From the NCBI GenBank assembly GCA_028534125.1, contig CM052816.1, positions 13,518,001 to 13,578,000 on the forward strand: a DNA stretch of 60,000 bases, given 5' to 3'. The translations under genes and the position numbers were made by a program. A model generated the notes under the pieces. It was not told the DNA's origin. It was given only the letters and a program-made list of their open reading frames with translations, and did not search any database. Source of the DNA: Lama glama (Eukaryota). This document shows positions 24,471 through 36,660 of the stretch, piece by piece (within the stretch, counting starts at the first letter, position 1; every line of letters starts with the position of its first letter).

Positions 24471-24629
24471 ACTCTGCTACTTAAAAAATTTAATAGCATC
24501 TTACTTCTTAAAGAGGAAAAAGCACCCAAACTCCTTAGCACAATATTCATGTCCTTCATCCAAAGGGGCCATCGCAGTTTTTCTACTTTAACTCCCCTAC
24601 CCCAGCCTCAAGTCTTTTCAAATATTAAG

Positions 24630-24630
<1 letters not shown>

Positions 24631-24672
<42 letters not shown>
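24631..24672. repeat. (TAA)14 microsatellite
   Basis: Read directly. Confidence 0.97.
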
Positions 24673-24674
<2 letters not shown>

Positions 24675-25010
24675 TAGAATCAATACTCTCCTCAGAATAT
24701 TTCCTGAATCTGAATTATTCTTCCATTCTCTCCTTCACTACTCTATCTTCCAGATCTAGCTCCCATTAGGTACCAGTATCGTATTTTACATTACAGCTTC
24801 CACATACATGCATAACTTCCCCCGCCTGGACCCTTTGCAAACAGGAAATGACTCCTTCTAAAACTTCATATCTAGCACCTGATGATCTGTTTCAGAGAGT
24901 AGACGCTCCACAGATGTTTGAAGCTCTGATTAGAAATGAAAGATGGAGGACTGATACCTGTTAGATTCTTCATTTCTTCTTACATTAGAACTTTTCAAAA
25001 ATTAACCATA

Positions 25011-25627
25011 TCACTGTACAACCCAGCAACTGTACTTTTGGGCACTTATACCACAAAAACAAGTTAATCTTTATACAAAAACCTGTACATGGTGTTTATA
25101 GCAGCTTTATTCATCCCCAGGCTGGAAACAACCCATTTGTCCTTCATTGGGTGAATGGCTAAACAAACTGTGGTACATCTATACCATGGAATACTACTCA
25201 GCAATAAAAAAGAACTGCTGATACACATGACAACTTGAATAAATCTCAAAGGAATTATGCTGAGCAAAAGAGTCAATCCCAAAGGTTATACATTGTATGA
25301 TTCTATTTATATAATAACCTTGAAATTACAAAGCTCACAGGAATGGAGAACAGATTAGTGGTTGCCAGGGATTAAAGACAGGGGTGAGGCATGAGGGGAG
25401 GCAGATGGGGGTAGCTATAAAAGGGCATTAGAAGGCATCCTTGTGGTGCTGGACCTGTTCTGCATCTTGATTATACCAATATACTGGTTGTGATACTATA
25501 ATCTAGCAAGATTGTACTCATGGAACAAAGTGGGTAAAGGTCCTCAGGATCACTCTACATTATTCCTTATAATTGCATGTGAATCTACAATTATCTCAAA
25601 GTAAAAAGTAAAGTTTAAAAAAAAAAA
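25011..25627 (+). mobile_element. L1 (L1MC1-like) 3' end with A tail
   Basis: aaacaaactgtggtacatc...atggaatactactcagcaataaaaaagaac...ctacaattatctcaaa...A11. Confidence 0.88.
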
Positions 25628-26661
25628 CTATATCCCAAATCCAAACCAAAAAACAGATTCTCCGTATAAGAGTTCCTCACCAATAATCATAGTTGCAAAC
25701 AAAAGATCTCACTGCGGCTACAACACATTTAGAGTTTTGCTTACAAACATGAGTGGCTCACTCCGGAAGAGTTTTTCTGATCAACATGAAGAGGAGATTT
25801 CTTTACGTATAAAAATTATTTTCAGAAACTGGGATAGCAAAAGAAATGACAAATACTAACAGGAAAAGTCCCTGCCCAAAGCATGGAGCGGGGACCCCGA
25901 GCAACAGGCTACCCCTAACAGTGCACGGCTGGGCTGTCATGGGGTGAGTAACAGCCACAGATCTGGGAAATCTGATCTGTTTGCCATTTAGATCCATGTG
26001 ACTCACTGAGGCTGGCTGCATTCACATCTAAAAATACAGGAAATCCGCAGCCTAGGCAAATTTGGCTCATTGGCTCATGGGTTTTTGATTCAAATGCTGC
26101 ACATTTAAAGATAGTGGTTTTATATTTATATCAGCCAGCTGCAAAGGAGGTTCTGCTGCTCAAGTGACAGAGACTAGGTGGAAATCTAGAAGCAAAGAGG
26201 ATCAAAAGACTTATCTGCTTCTATACATTTTATCTGGGAGTCACAGGCTGATACCTCCTCAGTCACTAGGAACATAAGATCTGAGGTCCTCTGCAGGCTA
26301 GAGGGATGCCCTTCCTTGGGTAATGGGTGTGCCCCGTGAAAAGCCTGTCTCCACAGAGGACAGAGGGAGTCATGCACCACTGAAGACAGACCAGGGTGTG
26401 GTGGTCACACGAGCGACGGGGTGCCACTGGGAGTGGCAGCGGCTGAGTCCATGCAGAGAGAGGGTGTGGTGCCTTGGACCTGCCATTTTTTTGTTTCGTC
26501 CAGTCCCACTCAGTATCTCTTTCAGTATTGCCTGCAGCCATGACTGCTGGTGCATGGGGCAGCCGATTTCTGGGAATTACCTCTTGGACACCCCGTTTCT
26601 TCCCAAGAGGCTCCCCCTTCAACGCCTGGGAGGTGCCTGGCAGGGCGGCTGCCACACTCAC

Positions 26662-26736
26662 CCATCAGGACGCTCAGCAGCTTCTGCACCCTGGAATTGA
26701 CCCCCACGATGCGGTACAGCCCTTGCTCATTGATCC
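26662..26736 (-). CDS. ARHGAP26: ARHGAP26 coding exon (~exon 14), 75 bp, (G)INEQGLYRIVGVNSRVQKLLSVLM+G, contains the arginine finger
   Basis: tctcttctcag|GGATCAATGAG...GTCCTGATGG|gtgagt; GLYR motif with Arg codon CGC at 26713-26711; phase 1 to 1. Confidence 0.97.
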
Positions 26737-27250
26737 CTGAGAAGAGAACAGTGATGATTTAATTAGAGGCACATCAGAACACAGGTCGAGCCAACCCAGC
26801 CACACGCACTTTTTTCATTTTCTCGGTCCTTCTAAAAGCTGCTCTAATTAAAGTCCCCTGTCACTCAGCTCGGCTCTTAGCGAAGGAGTGGGATTTGGTA
26901 CAGCTGTCTAGGATTTCACGGATGTGCTGCACACTTCAGCCCTCGTGTTAGTTCATCATCAGAGGGGAAAGAAACCTCCCTCTTCTCTTGCCAAGGCAGC
27001 ATCTGATGAGTTTTGAAAGATGCCAAATATATACTTTTAAATATGTCCCATTTAACCAGTTTTTTAAATTTAAAAAGCTGAAAATGAAATAATAAAAAAT
27101 TTCATACTGCAGAGAAGAAAAAATACTCTACAATCTATTTTCACATATAGAATGCAAATTTTGAGGTATTGGGGCATTTTAAATTTTGGACAATACTGTC
27201 AGCCAAGACTGAGAAATCAGAAAATCCATTCATTCGTGGTGTAAATACTC

Positions 27251-27539
27251 TTTTTTTTTAATTGAAGTATAGTCGATTTACAATATTGTGTTAATTTCCG
27301 GTGTACAGCATAGTGATTCAGTTATACATACATATATTCCTTTTCATACTCTTTTCCATTATAGGCTATTACAAGGTATTGAATAGAGTTGCCTATGCCA
27401 TATGGTAGGACTTTGCTGTGTATCTATTTTATATATAGTAGTTACTATCTGCAAGTCCCAAACTCCCAATTTATCCCTCCCCACTTCCTCTCCCCCCGGT
27501 AACCATAAGCTTCTTTTCTATGTCTGTGAGTCTGCTTCT
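27251..27539 (-). mobile_element. 5'-truncated artiodactyl-type L1 3' end with TSD
   Basis: T9-aattgaagtatagtcgatttacaatattgtgttaatttc...gtacagcatagtgattcagttat; TSD taaatactcttt / taaatattcttt. Confidence 0.88.
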
Positions 27540-27789
27540 ATAAATATTCTTTACAAAGAAAAAAAAAGGACCACCTTTATTCAACCCAAGGAAATGTGCA
27601 CCTAGACTAGAAGAGGTTTACCTTCAAACACCCAAAGAATCAAAACTAACCCACCCCAGCACTTTGTTCATTTAAGTGCAAGGATGAGATCACCACTGTA
27701 CCAGCTACAAAAGGGGTCCTTTCAGACCAAGTGATATGACATGACTTTTTTCTCCCGTAGGTCCCAGTCCCGTCATACCTGACACTTCT

Positions 27790-28385
27790 CAGCTAACTGG
27801 TCTCCTGGTGCCTCTTACTCCTTTGATGTCCATTCTCCAACCAGTAGCCAAAATGAACTTCTCAGAAGGTAAATCAGCTTGAACTATCTCTTCTCTTAAA
27901 ACCTTCCAACGGACACCCACTGCATTTGGATCACACTCAAAGCTTACCGAGGCCGGCCTACAAGGCCCCCCGTGGCTGAGGGCAGGCCCACCCCTGATGG
28001 CTTTATCAACCACCTTCACGCTGCTCCAGCGACCCTGGCCTCCAGTGTACAAAGCTCATGCCCCCAAATCACAGCCTCTGCACAGGATTCCCTCCACCTG
28101 GAATACTCTCCTCCCAGCTCTTTTCATCACTCAGCTCTCAGCTTACAAGCAGCTTCTTCAAGCTAATGCATCCCACGACCAACGCTACTGGCCAGTGCTT
28201 TACCTGGTTTTCCTTTCTTTACAGCCTTTTAATAACATCTGAAATCATCTTTCTTATTTGCTTTCTTGTTTGCCTCTTCCGCTACAACTACAATGTAAAC
28301 TCAAGTACAGTAAGTCTGACTTTTTCACCACCGTATTCCCAGCACCTAGATCAGTATATGATACAGGCAAACATTCATCAAAGAC
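27790..28385 (+). mobile_element. L2 3' region
   Basis: taactggtctcc...tccattctcca...ttaaaaccttccaacgg...gcctacaaggccc...cccagcacctaga. Confidence 0.8.
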
Positions 28386-29357
28386 ACTACTTTGGGGCCA
28401 GCATTTCCTGGAAGAAATTTGGGGAAGGGATGATTCTGCAGTGTCTTCAACAAGACCTATACAGGAGCGGAGCTAACAAACGAAAGGAAGTGGGCTGGAA
28501 TGACAGGCATTTACAGCTAAAATGGACTGCAAAAGCAGGCCCATCACCCCGCACGGTTCCCAGGCCAGGAGGCCCTGGTTGTCCTGCTTCCCCCAGCCTG
28601 TGCTGGGCCCCACGTTACTGAGCAGCAAGCAGAACCATTATTATTCAGTCATGCGGTGGCTTGACGGGCTTACCCCTTCTGAAATGTCTCTACTTCTTTC
28701 GTCCTTGAGCCTCCCTGGAATCTAAGACACTCCCACCTCCTGCTGGATGATTAACGAACCTCAGAGAGTACGGGAGGCCTGGGCACCTCTGGTCGCCACA
28801 AACACGTGCGCATGTACGTGTACTGCAGTAGGGCGCAACGCCCTTCCAGTAGGGAGGCTAGAAAGGCATATAACGCACACTGCCCTTGTTTCCTCTTTGT
28901 GCTACATGAAAACTTTTCTAGACGCTAAAATCCACCATTTTCATCCTCATCTTACAGGGGGAGGGGATGAGGAGGCAGAAGCTAAAGAGACCAAACCATC
29001 TGGCGACCCTCTTCTTCCTCTGCTACTTATTGTGTGTATCTCCTGGTTTTACATCAGGAAAGGTCACCCTCCTGAGCTTCTGGAAGGGTTTCAAATGATT
29101 AGGTATCCCTCCTGGCTTGGGCAGCTGAAAACTGACAGACAAAGAGGTTGGCCCTCCTCTGGCAAGTACGCAACCTTCATGGAGCAGGGGAAGGGACTTT
29201 TGTTCTGAACTCACTTTGGGCTCCATTTTTATGCCTTTCCTTTTGTTAACCCCGTACCTCTTATTTCTCATTCTTTTCTTTTAAAACAACAAGCAAATCT
29301 AAATGCCTGCTGAAAAATTACCTTAGTAATACATACTTTAAAAAATACAGACACTAA

Positions 29358-29450
29358 GGGGAGGGTGTAGCTCAGTGGTAGAGCGCATGCCTCAGTACCT
29401 CCATTAAAATAAATAAACCTAATTACATCCCCCCCCCCAAAAGAAACCCC
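29358..29450 (+). mobile_element. tRNA-Ala-derived SINE, internally deleted copy
   Basis: ggggagggtgtagctcagtggtagagcgcatgc|ctcagtacctccattaaaataaataaacctaatta; TSD aaaatacagacact / aaaatacagaaact. Confidence 0.88.
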
Positions 29451-30472
29451 AAAATACAGAAACTGCAGTTATGAAAATAGATAAATCCAGGGAAGACAGT
29501 GCAAACAGCAGAGACAGCCACTGACACACAAAGGTATCTGAGCAGGTACGAGCTGTCCTCTACCCACTCCCAGAACGGGCTCATAGCGGGCAGGCTGTTT
29601 CAGAACTTGTGTTTTTTGCTTAATATTTAATAATGAAAATCTTGGATCTCAATCAATGCATTTCCACTGCATTTTGAGTGATTCCTAGTTTTTTTTTTTT
29701 TACTGCATGGACGTGGCACACTGTTGATTTAACCAGTTTTTGAGAAGTTTGGCCAGTTTCTGATTTTTTGTTATTTTACCATAACCCCATTGTATAAGTA
29801 TCTTTATGGCTCAAGCTGGCCCATGTCTTTAATTCCTTAAGATCAATTCTCAGAAATCTCACCTACTTCTAACTTTATATTCTCTGGCTATATTTTACAT
29901 GTCTTTGCATGCTCCCTTAACTCTTCATCAAAGGAAGGTATAGCAGAAATAAGCAAACATTTTAAAAAGGGTTAGCACACATTAAAATAATGACCTTGGA
30001 AAGAATACTTTTTGACTAGATACATAGGAGTAGAGGCTTATAAGGTCAGTTTTTTTGCCTCCCCCTCTACTCAGTGCTTCATAGTCCTTATAAAGATGCT
30101 TTTATTTCTCAACTGGTAAGAGTTGCAGCTCCTGCTTTAAAAGACAGAACATCCTCACACAAGTAAAAATGACTGGTGGGCTGAGAGGCTGCAGAATAAA
30201 TAAGATGCAAATCTTTGACACTGGTTCAAATCAAATCCAGTGGAGAGACAGTGATCGGTTTTTCTCACTGGTGTAACAGACCAGTGCACTCGAACCTCAC
30301 AATTGCTGGAACCGAGGAAATCTCCTTTCTGGTCACCTTTGAGGAGGGGATGGAGACCATCAGGATGAACCAGCTTCCCTGACCTCAAAGCCCTGCTCCT
30401 GTGGACCCAGGAAAGGTCAATGTGTGACAGGCAGGGCCTCACCCCTTCTCCCTTTTTGGATAGTCCCCAGGG

Positions 30473-30959
30473 CAGGGCTCTTAACTCGGGGTCCACAGAC
30501 CCTCCAAGAGGTCCATTAGAGAATTCACGGTGTCTATCAACTTGGATAGGAAAACAATCACATCTTTATTTTCACTAACCTAAGATGGAAATGAAGCATT
30601 TTCTTCCACTATGATATAAGCAACAAGTCATCACATTAACAGTACCTGCAACTTGGTCAGAAATCGCAGATCTTTTTCTAACGTGTTACAATTGTTACAG
30701 ACATCTTAAACTAAGCTATTTCTGAATTATGTTAGTTATCAGACCCACTTAAAGTGTTTCACTTTGTTATACTTTGTAATTTTAAACGGAAACAAAGAAA
30801 CACATGTATTATTATACCACAACCATGGTTTTTGGTATTTTAACTGAACTTCAGTTACCTGGCTTCCTTATCATCCCACACATTTGATATTTATACATTT
30901 AAAACATTCTTCTGATCTGCCAAAGAGGTGGAGGACACCAAACTGGTTGAGAGCCCCTG
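30473..30959 (+). mobile_element. hAT-Charlie element (Charlie4-like) with terminal inverted repeats
   Basis: cagggctcttaac ... gttgagagcccctg TIRs; internal 'catctttattttcactaac'. Confidence 0.75.
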
Positions 30960-31109
30960 CGCTTCAGAGCAACATGACTTGTGGAAACACAATGGCACTT
31001 GGGAAGTTAATGAGTCACTTAAAACTGGGAAACAGCAGGTAGCAGGCCCTACGCCTCACCAGATGTGTGACCTTCGCTGAGAACAATGCCATCAGTTGAA
31101 GGACTTTAC

Positions 31110-31175
31110 CTCTGGTTTCCACAGCGTGGATGCATTTCCTGATTATGCTGAAGCCAATGCTGTCCAACTGTGCAG
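31110..31175 (-). CDS. ARHGAP26: ARHGAP26 coding exon (~exon 13), 66 bp, (T)AQLDSIGFSIIRKCIHAVETR+G, start of RhoGAP domain
   Basis: cttcctctttcag|CTGCACAG...ACCAGAG|gtaaag; peptide visible within ORF 31015..31332; phase 1 to 1. Confidence 0.97.
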
Positions 31176-31334
31176 CTGAAAGAGGAAGAAAAGGGCGGTC
31201 AGACTGCTGGCCCTGCACATCAACCCGGGAACAAGGCTTGATCAACCCAGAATGACTCAGTCCCACGGAGCCACCATGTATCCTTTCCAATTTTCCCACT
31301 AAAGGTAGAGAGGTGACTCTGAATAAAAACAAAA

Positions 31335-31770
31335 AATGGCATTCATTGGGAGCTTACCATAGGACAGGTACAGTTCTAAGTGCTTTGCATATTTTATCTC
31401 ACCTAATTCTCAAAGTAACTCTCTGCAAGGCTATCTTCTATTTACAGCAGAAGAAACTGCAGCACAGAGTGACAAGCACTTTACCGAAGGAACAACTAAG
31501 CAACCTTTAAAGTGTTTTGTTATTAGCAGGAGCTGCAGGATCAGCTGCTTTTGCTGGTCTGCTTCAAAGAGCAGAAGTCAAGTGCTCCACAAATGTCAGG
31601 TGAACGCTTTACAGAGATCATCGCATTCAGTCCCAGCAAGTCCTCTAGGCTGGTACCATCATGGGCCCCAAATAACAGATGAAGGAACTGAAATTTGGCA
31701 AAGCTAAACACCTGGACCAAAGCTGCAGAGCTAATATGTGGGACACTCACTCCAGAGCCTGCACAACCTA
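31335..31770 (-). mobile_element. Two adjacent MIR fragments
   Basis: gttctaagtgctttg...tttacagcagaagaaactg and acagatgaaggaactgaa cores. Confidence 0.65.
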
Positions 31771-32844
31771 ACTGCCTTAAAAGGGACCCTGAGTTAAAGA
31801 GAGAAGTAAAATCCTGCTCAGGTGACTAGAAAAATGGAAAAAAGGGCAAGTGACCAGAAGGAAAATTACAACAGCCAGGGACAACGAAGCTACCTAAGGA
31901 AACAGCACTAAGGCAATGGAGCCGTCCTCCATGCAGTAAATCAGCAGGCAGCGACAGAGTCCTCCATCTGCGCTAAACCCCTCAATGTCACTCAGAAAAT
32001 ACGTGATCAATCGCAGCCACTTTGTCCACAGCACAGAACCAGCTGTCAACCCGGCAACAAGGCTGGAAACCCACCAAAATCACCACCACACTCTGGTTAC
32101 CCAATAATAAGACATGTGTGGCAATCTGTCAGAATGAGTTCATCTTTGACTGCCTTCAGACATCGGGACAAAACACATTCTACAGGCAAATGTTCCAAGT
32201 GGAGACGGGAATGGTAGAAAGTAGGAAGGTGAGTATTTCTAAACGATCTGTCATCACCCTAGGGCAAGAAATAAACTTGCAAAATATGAGAACTAAGTAA
32301 AACTTGAACTCATCTTGGATCAAATCCAAATGAAATCTTTCTCCAGTCTTTAATGTATATGGGTAAACTTAGATATAACAAAGAAAAATTCCTTTAAAAA
32401 AAAACCCACTGAAAGTTCCCCAAATCAAACAAAAAAGGAATGGTAATTCCCCCAAACTTCTCTTCTCAAAGGGAAACAAATCCTGTTCTTACATGTGTGC
32501 TGATCACCTGCTGGTACTTATTAACATAATATCCTTGGCCTCTAGGATAGTAAGGAATGTATCAGGAAAGGAGGAAAACAATGTTCTTCCTGGAGACCAC
32601 CTGCCACACAAACCACTGCTCTTATGCTCTTAAAGCTATGAGGAGCCTGCTAACCCAATTCCTTGCTTTTTCTAGTATGAACCTAGTCCTAGTGTTCACT
32701 CTGCAAGTTTTGTTATATCAAACTTTCTGATGCAGACGGAGATCATTCTTTCAAATGAAACTCAATTAACTCATGCTAAAAACTTTTTCCAATTTTACAA
32801 CAAACTCTAATACAGAGTCCAAAGTATCTGTTGGAATCTAGGGA

Positions 32845-33585
32845 AGATTTTTTTCAAAATAACATCTCTAATGAGATACAATTCACATACTGTAAGCTTC
32901 ACCCCTTTAAAGCTGAGAATTCATTCATTTCTAGTATATTTGCAGTTATGAACCAATTACTACTCTCTACAGAACACATCATTACCCTCTACAAAAAACC
33001 TCACAAACATTAGCAGTCACCCCCTGTTTCCCCCCTCCCCTCAGCTCCTAGAAACCATGAATCTTTTAGTCTCTATAGATTTGCCTATTCTGGTTATTTC
33101 ATATAATATGAGGTCATTTGTATCTAGTATGTTTCCCAGATCCCTCTAAGATTGCAGTATTGATACTTTCACTCCTTTTCACAACTAAATAATATTCCAT
33201 TGCCTGGATATACCACATTTCATTCATCTATTCAGCAGTGGCTGTTTCTGCTTTTTCGCTATTGTGAATAATGCTACTAGGAACATCTGTGTACAAGTCT
33301 TTGTGTGGACATATACGCCTACGAGTGGAAGCACTCGGTTATATGGTAACACTATGCTCAACTTTTTGAGGAACTGCCAAATTGCTTTCTAAAGTGCTGA
33401 ACAATTTCACATTCCCACCAGCAATATATGAAGGTTCCAATTTCTCTGCATCCCTGCCAAAGCTTGCTTTTGTCTTTTTTATTATAGCCATTCGAGTGGG
33501 TGTGAAATGGTATCTCACTGTGGTTTTGACTTGCATTTGACTTGCATTTCCCTAATGACTAATGATGTTGGGCACCTTTTATGTG
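32845..33585 (-). mobile_element. L1 (L1MB-like) 3' end
   Basis: ORF 33339..33536 gives MQVKTTVRYHFTPTRMAIIKK, matching the L1 ORF2 C-terminus; 3'UTR gagatacaattcacatac. Confidence 0.88.
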
Positions 33586-35944
33586 TAGGGGAAAATTTTC
33601 ATTCCTTTATACAGTAGTCAGAGCAGCGCCCATTGGTAAGTATTTGTCAGAGAGGAAATTACTTTCTATACTTAAGGAGGTTTCCAGAATGTCCATAACT
33701 GTGATTCAATAGTCAGTTGAAGCCTTTTGGTTCTTCTTTTGAGAAGTGCTTAAGAGGATCCTTGCATTGGGATAACACTCAGAGATGTTTGGGAGAAAAA
33801 GAACCATAACTGTGAACAGTGCTCTGGGGAGCTGATTGATTCCAAATTTGGAAACTTTGAGAAGAGGTCTGTGGACATGGCCTTGTTCTAGGCATTGATG
33901 GACTTCTATTGTGGACAAAGACTATTTTGCTTCCTTACCCCATGAACAATGATAAAAGTTTTGAAAACGTGGAAATAATTTGGCAGCTGACTCCAATAGC
34001 CAGAAGATACACACTTATAAAGCCACCAGCCCAATTAGGAGAAGAAAAACAGACAGAGCTAGCTATAACCCTGCAGAGACGAATCAGTCCCTGAACTTCT
34101 CCTGCAGAACTGTGGAAAACTGGGTCCTTTTCTAGGTAAGTAACAGCTAACAGAAAAGAATACAATGGGACCTCCCAAGGAAATCCAGAAAAAACCAAAA
34201 GCCCGCTAACCTACATTAACTACAATTACTTCTTTTAGAACATGGCAAAGCAACCCCCTCCTCCCAAATGTCTAAGTCAATATTCCTTCTTTGGTTTCCC
34301 CAACATCAGATGTTCCCCAATTTGTTTTACACCAGTAAGCCCCTTTTCTTGAAACAAATCGTACACAGATGTTACACATAAAGGCCTGACGTGTTACACA
34401 TGTAATGCAGCATAACCATCAGTATATATTAGTTGCCTAAGTCAAACACATATAATAAATTCACGTATTGCAAAGTCAAATGTTAACAGCTCAAAGTAAA
34501 CTCTCTGTAAGCCTCTAATGCTTCAAGTTGTATACTGACGATAATGAGATTTTTAAACAAAACTGTGTTAAGAAATGAAATTCTAATCAAACAACAGTTC
34601 CCAACAAGGAACTCATAAAATACAGTTTAACTACCATCATTCTAAATCTCTGACCTGTTATTGCATTGTAAGTTATCACACTGCCCCTTACCCTGGCATT
34701 TCTGTGGATCTCTCTGGTGCGCACGCACACACACGCTTACGCACGTGCACACACACAGACTTGACTTCTACTCTCATCAACTTGAGTTGCCAGCTGACGT
34801 AATGATTAGGTTACTAACAATGAACAACTGCTTTATTATTTAACACGTACCAAGTACCACTGATGTGACGGGGACTGCAGTGCATCCATAACCAGATGAC
34901 CAGTCCTGAGCTCTCCCCAGCAGGTACATAATCTAAGTTAAATGAGATCTACTCTGAAAATCCGGTTCCCACTAAAAGGCTTAGAACACCATCACCACGG
35001 TGCAGAATTTGCTAATGATGGAAAGAGTCTGAGAGGCCCGCCAGATGGAAGCGGCTGTCCTTAATCCCTTCAAGCAGGTGATTCAGCTCTTTTACTGAGC
35101 CCGGGCTCAGAAAAGGTCAGGGATTTATTTGCAATTGCTGTATCCTTATAATCTCCAGAAATAATCTCTCATTAAATATCTACTAGGCTTGCATTATTCC
35201 CTTAATTTGACTTGCGATGAGTTGTGGCGGGGCCAGTGGCTCCTAGGCCCGACCTCCGCCGTCTTGCCGCTGAGGCTTGGGCCGGCTGACCCTCCACCCA
35301 TAGCCTCAAGTTCAGCTCTGCCCAGGTGTACACGCAGGGCCGGCCAAACAGCTGTGGCAGAGCGACACTCACAGAGCTCGCCCCCAACACCCGGGCTGAC
35401 CTGCCAAGTTAGAAAAGTGTCTTGACTTTCACGCCCACTTTTGAAGCCTTGTTTGTCTCCTTTTAGAAAAAAGAAAGGGCCTGGGTCCCACAAACCTATT
35501 TTCTCAAAGTTCTATGGAGAACAGGGGAGACATCAGTTGTCTCTCAGTTCAGTGGGAGAGTCTCAGGGCCAAAGTGGGAGGAGGCTGCCTGGCAGCCTGC
35601 TGGGTTTGTGCCATCGTGCCCCAGGAGTGGACTCTGAGAGGAGGGAGGCAGCTGAAATCCAGGAACTGACTGGTTTTCTGGAATGGGCTTCAAAGCACAA
35701 CATACTGTGAGGCTCAGTCAGACTGTGGACAAGGCGGAGGCCGGTGGGCCAGGTGGGCAGACACAGGTTTTAGCATAACCATCACTGCCCTGCTCTGCAG
35801 CTTCGAGGCCCTCAGGCTACCTCTCCTGAGACACTTTCCTGGGCTCCTTCTGCCTTTTTAAAAAAAAAAAAGAGGTATGTAGGTGATGTTAGAGCGTGAC
35901 AACCACAATAAAACCATGAGCCTAAGCCTTAGCACCCCAATTCT

Positions 35945-36660
35945 GGCTTACCCCACATCCAGATTTTCACCTCAATTTTATCCAGGTCTCTCTACCTTGA
36001 CCACACCCGTCCTGATCCTGGACCTCTCCTGTGTTACCAGGACTGCTGTAAGGCCCTCCTAACACCTGCTCTGGCTCCCTCCAGTCTGCCCGCCACACTG
36101 CAGCTCCCACGACCTTGGCAAAATCAGACCACGTCACCTCCCTGTTTAAAACCACTTAATGGCGCCCCACCACTCTTGGGAGGATCACCCAAACCCTTCA
36201 GGTGGGCCACACAGCCCTGCATGGTCTGGCCCCAGGCTCATCTCATAACCACTCCCCTAGGTCTCAGCATCCCAACCTCACTGGCTCTCTTCCAGAGCAT
36301 TCAACTGACCACACCTTCTCCTCAGCCTCTGCATAAGCTGTGCATCTCACCTGGGAGACCCTTGGCCCAAGCAACTCCGAATCCTCAGGTCCCCCTTCTC
36401 AAATATCAGCTCCTCAAAAAAGCCTCCCTGACCTTTCCACCTGGGCTAACGCCCCCGGGACACACTTGGGTATAAAGCCATCAAGCGCTCCTTCTGGGTA
36501 TGCAGCACAATTGCAAGTCTACATTATCTGCGTGACCCTGCAAAATGTCTGCTACCAAACTAGATATGCATTCATGAGGGCAATATCTATGTATAACTTC
36601 ACTTGTTTTATTCACTACTGTATCTCTGCCTTTCACTGCCTGCTACGGTGCTGGAAGTGG
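35945..36660 (+). mobile_element. L2 fragment
   Basis: ccaggactgctgtaaggccctcctaac...aaatcagaccacgtcacctccctgtttaaaacc. Confidence 0.78.
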
